DNA of 58,224 nucleotides, counting the filler, from Sphacelaria rigidula (Eukaryota): the NCBI GenBank assembly GCA_964200075.2. It is 2 parts of 2 records of this genome, joined end to end, with 100 filler letters (N's around TTAATTAATTAA, not from the genome) between each part and the next. Parts side by side here need not be neighbours in the genome. Positions count along the whole stretch, not along the records: positions 29,212 to 58,224 come from CAXNAA020000090.1; 1 more part is not named here. The stretch is one strand, 5' to 3'. Shown one piece after another: positions 49,501 through 58,224 of the stretch (the first letter of the stretch is position 1; every line of letters starts with the position of its first letter). The notes under the pieces are model-generated. The model ran no database searches and was not told where the DNA came from. It was given only the letters and a program-made list of their open reading frames with translations. The position numbers were made by a program, and so were the translations under genes.

Positions 49501-51107
49501 GAGATTAGGACTTGCTTGTGGCATATGTCTGTTGTGAGGGTGAAGTGCACAACCTGTGATACCTGTTTACAGGTATGCTACAACAGTGACGTGCCGTAAC
49601 GCCAACCTCCTAAGCATTTACCCTCTGTGAACTCATGTTTCCGACCAATCTCGCGTCGTAACTTCCGCAGCCCCTGAGCTCGTTCCCCACCCTTATGGCT
49701 GATCGACTGTCGTTCAATTTTTTGAAACATCGAAGGATGTCGGAGGACCCATTATGGCCAGCTTGCAGGCAGAAAGCGCGAGGCTTCGCAAGGAGTTGGA
49801 GGCAGCGAGAAACGAAGCGAAAATGTTGAGAGAGCGTGCGCCCTCCGACGGTGTCTTCAGCAAAAAAGATCTCGGAGAGTTGGGGGGAAACGGGATTACC
49901 TCCCTTTCCCTGCCGCAGTCGGTAAGTAATTCTGTGTGTCCGCCCATCTTCTGTAAAATTCGGACGGGGAGAAGCTCATGTTTCACCACTTGGTTGTTTG
50001 CTGTTTTATCGTGCACCTTGTCGTCAATCGGCTTCTGGCAGATATTGGATTATCGTGCCTTTCCCACGTGGTTGTTGCTATGTATTGTAGTAGGGTGATA
50101 CATATATTGGAAATCCACTGTTGAAGACCCCCGCAACAAGGTGCTGTATATATTGGACAAGTATAACAGGTTCACTGCTTTGCGTTTGTGAGCATTTTGC
50201 TCAAGTGCACCGTCAGCTTCCTTCGTACAACCCACTTATAGATGAGTTGAAACATCGGCTGTTCTTTTACGCCGGGATTCATGGGTCTTCCACCTCCTGA
50301 CACTTGATTTTTACCTTGCATCATGTCTCCACACTCTCGTCGCCCCCCTCTCGCCCTCGCACTGCACTGTTGATCTCTTGTTTCGTTCCTCGCGATGTAA
50401 CGAACGCATGGCCAGAACGGAACGAACGTTAATCCCGAGGATGCGAAGAAGGCCTTGAGTCACCTCCTGGGCAAGGCTCTCAACCTGTTGAGTCCTCAGG
50501 CGGCGGCAGAGGCGGCGGCTGAGGTTGCTGCCACGGCTGCTGCCAACGCTGAAGCTGCTTCGAACGGCAGGGGGAAGACGCGTCTACAGGTAGAGTAGGT
50601 GAAAACTCATTTCCCCGCTGCCCCCATCCCCTTTCTTCATTAAACAGGCGTAGGGGTCGTTCTTTTGTCGTTGCTCTCGAGCCCTGCACGTGTTCATATA
50701 GGTCGCTCCTTCAGACCTCGTGCGTGTAGTTTTTGTTCCTGTTGAAAAAATAAGATTCCTACATACGGTTCCGAGTCGAATTTTCCCGATTATTCATCTT
50801 AATATCGTCTTCCGTGAGCAAAGATTATACTTTTTTTTGTCGAATTTGACGCACCGAGTCCTTCTTGTCGTCCGTATATTGCCTTCCTCTTCCCCGGAGA
50901 ATCTAACCCCGTTATTTTGGTGATCTCCCATGATCTTCCCGTTGTTTTTCACAGGGAGCGAGCAATGAGGAGGATATGACGACTGTGCAGACTTGGGCCC
51001 ACATGGCACGAGGCGAGGGAGATTCTGACTCTGGCTCGAGTACTATCCACAACAGTCCGCCTGTCAAGACAACAGCAGCAGCGCTAACGCCGCGCATGAT
51101 TGTGTAA
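36815..51107 (+). CDS. Multi-exon host gene, about 834 aa: Ser/Arg-rich N-terminus, small Trp-rich domain, long coiled-coil; function unknown
   Basis: Exons 36815-37544, 37960-38150, 46237-46641, 47471-47548, 48364-48503, 48924-49371, 49736-49921, 50416-50589 and 50955-51107. All introns are GT-AG with consistent phases; total 2505 nt ending in TAA. The last seven exons are better supported than the link to the first two. Confidence 0.75.
37755..37828. repeat. Tandem duplication, about 2 x 38 bp, in intron 1
   Basis: tatcctgctgtac..ggacggcgattgac occurs twice. Confidence 0.8.
37960..38150 (+). CDS. Host gene exon 2 (Trp-rich)
   Basis: Phase-1 acceptor (alternative at 37975); LDGWLNGQTGIWWVGAL...FIPAYPE; donor GAG|gtgaga. 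Confidence 0.62.
40488..40577. repeat. Direct repeat, 2 x 42 bp with a 48-bp period
   Basis: cgctgtaccgcagacaaccctgtaccgtgtgtcgagtagttc and a near-identical copy at 40536. Confidence 0.85.
42553..42916. mobile_element. piggyBac-like MITE(s) with internal inverted repeats
   Basis: Starts tttaccctt and ends aagggttaa. Internal IR aactcttatgggagcgtttgaa (42567) / ttccaaacgctcccatgagagtt (to 42768), and a small palindrome gtgaatcggcat...atgccgattcac (42818-42869). Confidence 0.6.
42913..43502. mobile_element. TTAA-flanked composite: two inverted ~110-bp piggyBac-like MITE copies around a ~340-bp spacer
   Basis: ttaagccttagaccgcgagattagtctt (42913) is the reverse complement of aagactaacctcgcggtctaagggttaa (ends 43502). 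Arms 42913-43056 and 43394-43502. Confidence 0.75.
43523..43655. repeat. Near-perfect 133-bp hairpin (62-63 bp arms, 8-nt loop)
   Basis: gtgaatcgacatcaattttcacttggagaa...ctacccgcattg | gcaatgcg | caatgcgggtag...ttctccaagtgaaaattgatgccgattcac. Confidence 0.93.
44883..45088 (-). mobile_element. Second copy of the tRNA-SINE, lacking the tRNA head
   Basis: cagccgggatcacacaggag...ttctgcggtgcttgcctt...ctcgtcgaccgtt...gtcgctctccact aligns with 33015-33230. Confidence 0.85.
46237..46641 (+). CDS. Host gene exon 3
   Basis: cag|CTG...GAG|gtatgt; 135 open codons. Confidence 0.8.
46743..46970. repeat. Tandem repeat, about 2.3 x 98 bp, in intron 3
   Basis: gcagcctgacgtc...ttacacacaacactgctag.catgtttg...tgtcatctca.gacc is repeated, with a partial third copy. 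Confidence 0.8.
47471..47548 (+). CDS. Host gene exon 4 (EALERVEKYRDRIRALKDDRQAKKAT)
   Basis: cag| acceptor after a pyrimidine tract; |gtgaga donor; phase 0/0. Confidence 0.82.
48364..48503 (+). CDS. Host gene exon 5 (coiled coil)
   Basis: LARLEDDLRRKEDVFARENDRLRQERNDLR; phase-2 donor GC|gtgagt. Confidence 0.85.
48924..49371 (+). CDS. Host gene exon 6 (coiled coil with internal duplication)
   Basis: tag|G completes the GCG codon; VDRLRRERDDA...WLEQEKAKL and VERLRKERDEA...WLNEQQANL; donor |gtaagt. Confidence 0.87.
49736..49921 (+). CDS. Host gene exon 7
   Basis: aag|GAT...TCG|gtaagt; 62 codons including MASLQAESARLRKELEAARNEAKML. Confidence 0.82.
50416..50589 (+). CDS. Host gene exon 8 (Ala-rich)
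   Basis: cag|AAC...CAG|gtagag; 58 open codons. Confidence 0.78.
50955..51107 (+). CDS. Host gene terminal exon 9
   Basis: tttttcacag|GGA...GTG TAA; reads GASNEEDMTTVQTWAHMARGEG...PRMIV*. Confidence 0.72.
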   Translation, partial: GASNEEDMTTVQTWAHMARGEGDSDSGSSTIHNSPPVKTTAAALTPRMIV

Positions 51108-54024
51108 TAGTGAACGCACGGGTCGCTTTTTGCGTCGCCCTGAGCTGTTTTTCTATGCCTCGATTGCTGTTGCTGCTGCCAATTTCTCGTGCTTGTTCGA
51201 CGGGGGAGGAGTAATGAGGAAACGCATTCCATCCATGTTCTTGATTTTTCCCTGTCGGTGCTTTTCTCCGGGGAAACACGGGATTGAGACGGAAAAATCC
51301 GCGATGGATCTGCTCGATCGCCGCATAATATATGCACTACCTATGAAAAAGGACACGCATGGGGTTTATGTGGGAGTGTCGTGTAGTGTCGTGTACGCTG
51401 TGAAGGTCCCATTTTTTTGTCGGGGTGTAGGGGAAAAAGAGGGAACTGAGATTCCTCTCGTCCCACGCTGAACGGTTTTGTCGAAATATTCACCAACGTT
51501 TTTTACACAGGCTGTACAGTAAAGTGTGTCCTCGTGTTTGTGTTCTGTCTACTTTTCCATCTTGCACGGAGTCTGAGAGGTGTCAAATCGAACCTCGCTC
51601 GTTGTTGTTGTTCATGACATGAGGTTTTGAAAATGCATGATTTTTCGAATTGTGTAGGACCGGGGTCGGCCTATCCCGTTTGGCTGCAATGCTACCCCAT
51701 CGATGATGTATGTTGGTGTCTTCGAATGGACCGGCCAACACCCAAACGGACGGCAAGTCGAGTGATGACAGTTGGAGGTTGTGATCATTTTTTCATTTGG
51801 AGGGGTTGGTATGGGGGCGAGAATAAGAAAAAAATGAGGTGAACAACGGAAGAACATGAGCAGCTGGGTATGTTTTCTGGGAGCTGACGTGGAGTGTCAC
51901 GGTCGCCCTTGTTCTTCTTAGCTCTCAAGTGTGGTGTCACTGGCGGCATTTCATGTCGTGTCGGGGCCCGATCAAAAACTATGCGTAACCCATCGTCAGC
52001 CTTGGATGCCGAAGGGAGCGATTGGCGGGGAGGAGGAAAATGGGCAGAGGAGGAGATGGAGCGCAGACGACGTCGAACGTTGCGTCGTCGTTCCAGTGTT
52101 TCCTTGAGATGTGTGAAACGTGCCGTTGGGCGGTTTTGATGGCGGAAGGATTCGAGGCCTGCGTGTTGTGTATGGGTGTCGTGGAAGACATTTCGAACAA
52201 CGAAAACTCTTACCGTGTACGCGCCCCAAGCCAAGGGCATTGTCGTCCTCCCGCCGCCCTCTCTGTTAATGCTCATGGTGCACGTACGCACTTGTGATAC
52301 TGGGAGGTGATTTTCGCACTGGAGTTTGTTTACAGGAATGGAGAGGTGGGGTCCGCGGGGGTCGGTAGTGGCGGCGATGATAGGTTTGGACTGCCCACCT
52401 AACGGAGGTTTTTAATTCTCGGGAGGGGGTCATCTGGATATTTGCCGTGTGAACGGGAATGCGGTGAAACGTGCTTGTCGAGGGCGTTGTCGTCAGAACG
52501 GGCGTTAGAGCAAACCCCCTCTTGGTGAGCATGTTTGCCCTTCTGGGTGTATTGCCGGTGATATTTGTTTTTCAAGGCAAAATACGTAAAGTGCCATCTG
52601 AAACTGCTGGTGTGTGGGCTCATCGGTGGAGGTACTTTCGTTCGATCTGTTTCTGTTCATATTATTTTCGGGTGCATCGATCTGTTGATTTGTTTTTTTT
52701 GTCGGGCTCGCGACTGTCACTGTTGCAGGCCGTGGCTGAGAGTTGCGAAATAAAAAGTGGCGTGAAGTTGCGTTCAATACAGCCACTCCATTTAGGTGAT
52801 GACGTAGCATATGCGACGTGGAGGTGTAAGTGTGTTCTCCCCACACACCGCATGTTTTACGGGACGCAGATTGGCCGATGTCCCAAAATTATTTTTCGTT
52901 TTATTTCGTTGGGAAAATACATGGAAAAAAGAAGAAAAAATCTCGATTTATCAAACATGATTTATTATGTGCAGCATGCTGTCTATTTTCTTTGTCCTTG
53001 TTTTGGGTTTTGTTATTTGGGGAGGGCAGAGGGGAGTTCCCTGATGAAAACGTTGCAGATATTGTTTCTTTTCTTTCATGAATAAGGAAGCCGTACCGAA
53101 TTTACAGCCTTTGGAAATGGGCGGTGGGAAAAGAGGATCTGATGTACGTGAAAGGGCACGTCCGTATGCATCGCTTTGGGGTGGTGTGGTTTCATTGTAT
53201 GTATTACTCATGTTCTCGTTTGCATCCGTCAGTTTCCTCGGTGGTTCTTCTTGCCCACATTTTTTGCGTTCATATTTATGTGTGTGTGTTTTTGCGCGCG
53301 CGCGCGTGTGTGGTGTGTGTTTGCGGCATGTATCATTGTTGTGTCATAAATCTCTGTGCCGTAGTGTTATGATCACATACTGATCAAGGGGTGAGTGACA
53401 GTTTGAGTGCATCGTAATGATGGAGATACACATCGCTCCGAGAAGTAAAATACGTTTGGTCAACGCCCCTCCCCCTTCCCCCTCTGTTACCGGCACCAAC
53501 CAACCGTCGAGTAGTACTACGTTGCGTTGCTGGTGCGGGAGAGGGAAAGGAAAATTCGCACATTTTTTTCGTCGACTCGAATCAAACTGGATCTGGTATA
53601 AAAAATCAGTTCCGTTGGTTTTGATTCCGGTCTCCACCACGGTGGTGTGTGAGAGAGGTGTGGCTTTCGTGCGTTATTTTCCGTGTCCATTTCTTCTCTC
53701 ACCTGACGGTAAAACTCCAAGTTTTTGGGCGTTTGAAATTGGCGTCATGACCGCGGGCGTAGTAGCGTAGTACATAATGCATCCAGTACAGTACATTCGT
53801 AGCACCTTCGAGTCCATGTCTTTGTGTCAAATGTGATTACGAATGCTCCCGGAAATTCGTCACTGCTTTGCGAGCGGGGTGGAACTGTGAGTTTGTGACT
53901 GAATGTGTACGTGTCCTGAGTGTAGAGTGTCCATGTCTTGTCTATGTTTGTGCGTGCCTAGGGAAGCGTATCGTTTCGATCATTGCTGTTGGACGATCGA
54001 TCTACTGATTACATTCTGGTGATC

Positions 54025-54183
54025 GGCGGCGGGGGCGGGGGGGGGGGGGGGGGGGGGGGGGGAAGGAAGAAGAGGGGAAAAGGGGTGGGGTTGGTTTTTT
54101 TTTTTTTTTGACGGGGGNNNNNNNNNNGTTTTGGGGGGACGGCTGTTGGGTGGGGCTGGTGGGGGGGGGGGGGGGGTGGGGGT

Positions 54184-54236
<53 letters not shown>
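54025..54236. other. Poly-G low-complexity tract around a 10-N gap (probable sequencing or assembly artefact)
   Basis: Long G runs flank N at 54118-54127. Confidence 0.8.
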
Positions 54237-56261
54237 GGAGAGATGAATCATACGGGCAAAACGGATGGTCTCAGTTTTTTTCATGTCTTCACGGCCGGAA
54301 TATGACTTTGTCTCGTACGACAAGAGCTATAGTTGTCATACCCGAGTGTTGGTGGACACGATGTGCGGATATAGAAATGATCCCACATTGAGAACATGTC
54401 AGCGAAGGAAGTTTTGGAAATATACGTCCTTCTCTTGTCCGTGTTGTCATATTGTTTTGAAATCGGAATAAGTCCTTCTGTTGTTGAATGTTTTCGTGGA
54501 AGTCACCTGGGTGGGAGCAACGACCGTGGCGGCAGCCGTACCGGACACACGCCTACGAGTTTTGCTCCAGTTTCCTCCCACCACCGCTGTACGAGTACAC
54601 ACGCATCGTGCCTACTACAGTTCAACAACATCTACTTTTTTTTCTTGTGTAGATTTTTGTGTGGTTTTGGTATTTCGTGTACTGCTGCTGACTATAACAT
54701 TATTTGTATTGTACGGATTGGCCATAGATGTGGGGCAAGGGTGAAAGGTGCTCGCGTGTATTGCACACCAACCTTCCTCTTGTCTAGCAGCGAGGAGTAG
54801 GATGGGTCAAGGGGGGTAGGCGTTTTTTGAGTGAGATGCGGCTTGTCGTTTTGGGGGTTACTGGGAGTGAAGACACCCCAGGCCGACTGCCGTGATGTGT
54901 ACTTTGCTTCGTACCTGTTGATACGTGTTCCGTGGTCAGCAGTTTGTTCAAATGAGGTCCAGGCCTTGGAGAATGCTTCCAATAATGATGGGGGATTTGG
55001 AAACGTGACTGAATTTTCAGGGATGACGCGGACTCCCCCCTTTCCCCCCAAAAAGAAGAGGACCCCCATTGATGATTGCCCCGTGTCAAAAAGGATGCGT
55101 GGTCAGTGATCACTAGACTACGGCAAGCAAGAAATTAATACGCCCTCTGAACCATCCCCCAACAACTACCAGGAAGAAAGTGGCCACGCGGCACGTCACA
55201 CGGATGGCATCGGCGAAGACGACCGCGAGTGTCGGAGTTCCCGACGGCTCTGTGCTTGGCCTTGGGGGATTGGCGTGTAGATTTCGCCGCCTCAACCAAC
55301 CACTTCTCTGAAGGGCCAACCTCTTACGGACGCCTGCTTGATGTCGCGTGATCACGTGGCTGCTTCTTGATTGAGCAGCTTCGACGAACTTGGTGCGCAC
55401 ATAGCGGTGGGCGAAAAAGACGATTCATTCCCGTCAACAGTCGACAGCCAACAGCCGAAAGTACAAATGGATTTAATAGGGCTGTGAAATGGATCAGTTT
55501 GTACTCGTGATGAAACTGGAAGTGGTGACGCGGACCCCAGTTCATTCTGTTCATTGCAAGTTTGCTGTCACCGGCTATGTCGATACAAATTGTAGTACCG
55601 TGAGTTTGTAACAGATGCTTACATTGTTACAAACAAAATGATGGAAGAATTAGGACCTGCACCTGACGGCAGTACAAGCACAAACAAAACTCGTGGCACG
55701 AGCTCGTCTAGCCCACGAGCGGATTTTGAGTTTGCAGGCCCATTTGCAACTCATACTACTGGGCTCGAACTATTTTTCAGAAGGGTTTTCTCGATAGGCT
55801 CGGGGTACGCAAGTAGGTTGGGCCATGGCACTTGTGCCAGAAGCTTTTATACGGTAGCTCAAACATGAGCAGTTCAATAGAAAAACGACCGTCGTCAGGG
55901 TGCGGCGTTTTTTTAACAGGACGACGTGCCTCTGAGCGCTACGGAACACGTGACAAAGCACGCTGAAAACATACTTCTTTGGACTACGAGCTGGGCCGGA
56001 CATCAGTGCTTTTTAAACGAAGAGTGGAGACGCTTTTGGCAGCTTTTGGCAATTCGAAGCGTTAGGCGCTGAAATTTTGACACGACATTTTTATCATCAA
56101 TCTGCGCAAACCTGTGAGGGGGGAGAGGGAAAAACGAAAAACAGCCGATTCTCGAAAATAACAATGTTTTCGTGAGATTGAGAATCTACGATACGATTGA
56201 GAGCAGGCTTTTCATGGCTTTCAGCAGCCGGAAGTGTCTGCATCATTGATGAACAAAACGC

Positions 56262-57720
56262 TTACCTCGCACCTTGGTGCAAAATCCTGCCGGCAAACCT
56301 CACAATGTTTCCGTGATATCGAGCGTTGAAAGTACGATCGAGAGTGAGGTCTTATTCATAACATGTCTCGCTGCGCCGGTTCCGATGATGAGACAAAAAG
56401 TTTACATGTGTAGCATGTTGGAACATTCCTGCCACCCGTTGCCTGAATGGAATAGCAGAGTAATGTTGGACAATGTTGCGCGCTGGCCCACAGGCGTGCA
56501 TTTGTGGGAAAATGCACCGTTCAAGAGGTCTCCAAAGTAGTGTGAGTCGTGCGGTTCGAGTAAAATATACGATTTAGCCAGGTTGTGCCCGAATTCATTC
56601 GCAAATGCAGTTGATTCCACCATTCGTGTGGACTTGGGACTCGTGGATATCTTGAAATCACGTTTCTGTTCAACAATTTCGCCGCAATTTCCGTCGTTGT
56701 TTTTGAAAGCGCAAGTCATCGCGCGTGATATGACTGGTGATATCCCGCCTTTTCGTGCCGAGAAAAGTCGCAATACGTGGTGGGACCCTGGATTCTGTTC
56801 CATGATCTCACGCTCGATGGCAGCGGATCATAACAAATTCTCTTGCACGAAGTCAATGGAGCGCCTCCCGTCTATGAGCTGCAGCAGATCTATTTTGCCA
56901 GGGACTCTCGCCAACCGCATCGGATTTCCGAAAATGCACTCGAAACACGTGCCGAGGGACCCATCAAGAACGGCTCATGACCCATCAACACGGGAAAACA
57001 AATACTACCGCATCAGCAAATTGGCTGCAAAACACCGGGAGCACTTGGAACTGGCTAACCATAATCAAAACGTCATGCTGTGCTGACAGCAATCAACGGT
57101 ACAACGAACACCGGACGCTGGGTCTCGGTAGGCTCCACGACCACCGCTCCTGCTCCACCTCTACCCCATCCGTGCTCTCCTCCTTGAGGGACAGTACGTG
57201 GCCTACACAAATCGCCGACTCTGCACAGTTTGATTGTCACGCCGAGCGTCGACACTTGGAAGGGATGCGTCTTGCACGTCTTTTGGATGATCCTGCGGAA
57301 ATGATTGATCGGGGGCAGCGGCGAAGGGTACGGGTGATCGCAAGAGTTAATGGGGCAGGTTACAGTCGATAAATCGGGCGCTTCAGTACAGCTGGGCGAA
57401 TTTCAACAACTTCAAATTAGAAACTGGCGCAAACAGGACGTCCTCTTGTCCCGTGTGGGGATGATGCTTCCAAACGTATCCATTTACTTGGCACCACGCG
57501 AGGACGATACCGACACATTCAACACTAGGCGGGTACTCACGATCGAAAAGACTTGGACTCATCATGCCGAGCAGCTGGGCACTCTCGACTCCGGCGACAT
57601 TAGACACGACATCCTCCAAGGCCTTGTCGAGCTCGATCGTGTCTCCGTCGGGGAGGTTCGTCTGGTTCGTGGAAAAGGTGCCAGCGACAGCGGGGGGAAA
57701 GAGACGGTGCGCATCAGGTA
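56262..57720 (-). pseudogene. Degenerate coding-like region of unknown identity (possibly spliced)
   Basis: Protein-like minus-strand segments 57383-57720 and 56402-56950 with scattered stops; donor-like gtgagt and gtaagc, acceptor-like tttccgcag. No recognisable motif. Confidence 0.3.
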
Positions 57721-58007
57721 GGGGTGCGAGTCAAGAGTAGTGACGCATATGCATGGGTAGTGCACTCTCTGGGATATCCGTCATCATTTGTGATACACAC
57801 CTATATATTTTCTAGTATAAACAGGAGTGCCCCCCCAAAAATACGAAGCCCTATGCTGATTTTTTCAATCCTCGGTGTTTTCGGGGGGGAGGGGGGGGGG
57901 TTAGACTCACTTTTATGGCAAGCACGAATCTTGATTTTTTCAAAATCGGGGGGACAAAAAATCGGGGGACGCACTTTATGGACACGGATTTGGACCTAGT
58001 CAGGGCT

Positions 58008-58105
58008 AAAAAATTCGGGGGGTCACGATCTCGGAACGGTTTCCCCCGATTTTTCGGAAAAATCGGGGAAAATCGTTCCGAGATCGTGACTCCCCCGATT
58101 TTTTT
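58008..58105. repeat. Near-perfect ~98-bp palindrome (MITE-like)
   Basis: aaaaaattcggggggtcacgatctcggaacggtttcccccgatttttc versus the reverse complement of gaaaaatcggggaaaatcgttccgagatcgtgactcccccgattttttt. Confidence 0.92.
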
Positions 58106-58224
58106 GAGGTGACGTACGTGCATTGACGTACACTCCCAGTGTACGAGGCGTTTGATATTTTTGCAACGGCAGCACAAGACAGTCTCGTGACAGCACAGGG
58201 CGTGCGTTCTGCCGCCCCAGCTGC

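Noticed and set aside
54009-54391. Poly-Pro / poly-Gly ORFs
   Set aside because: They derive from poly-G runs around an N gap and are likely artefacts.

Overview
Eukaryotic, repeat-rich genomic window. It is most likely from a brown alga (Phaeophyceae), inferred from the style of the SINE, MITE and retroelement families and the intron structure; the organism is not proven. Bases 1-33 kb hold a cluster of decayed retroelements. Gypsy A (minus strand, ~0.6-3.75 kb) has gag, protease and integrase with RT/RNase H deleted. Gypsy B (plus, ~8.5-14.75 kb) is truncated at the start of RT. Gypsy C (plus, ~16.2-28.4 kb) is near full-length but pseudogenised, and its integrase tail carries a chromodomain followed by a Tudor/PWWP-like domain. 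After a 100-bp scaffold spacer comes a minus-strand DIRS/Ngaro-type tyrosine-recombinase element (gag + YR, RT/RNase H missing). These elements were later hit by MITEs, including a ~250-bp GACAC...GTGTC family with variable 4-bp TSDs and a hAT-like MITE with an 8-bp TSD. Bases 36.8-51.1 kb contain a 9-exon host gene assembled by eye (about 834 aa, coiled-coil-rich, function unknown). Its 8-kb second intron holds piggyBac-like (TTAA) MITEs, a 133-bp hairpin and a SINE. No CRISPR array, rRNA or true tRNA gene was seen. The best novelty candidates are the chromo+Tudor-like integrase tail, the 4-bp-TSD MITE family and the two RT-less retroelements.
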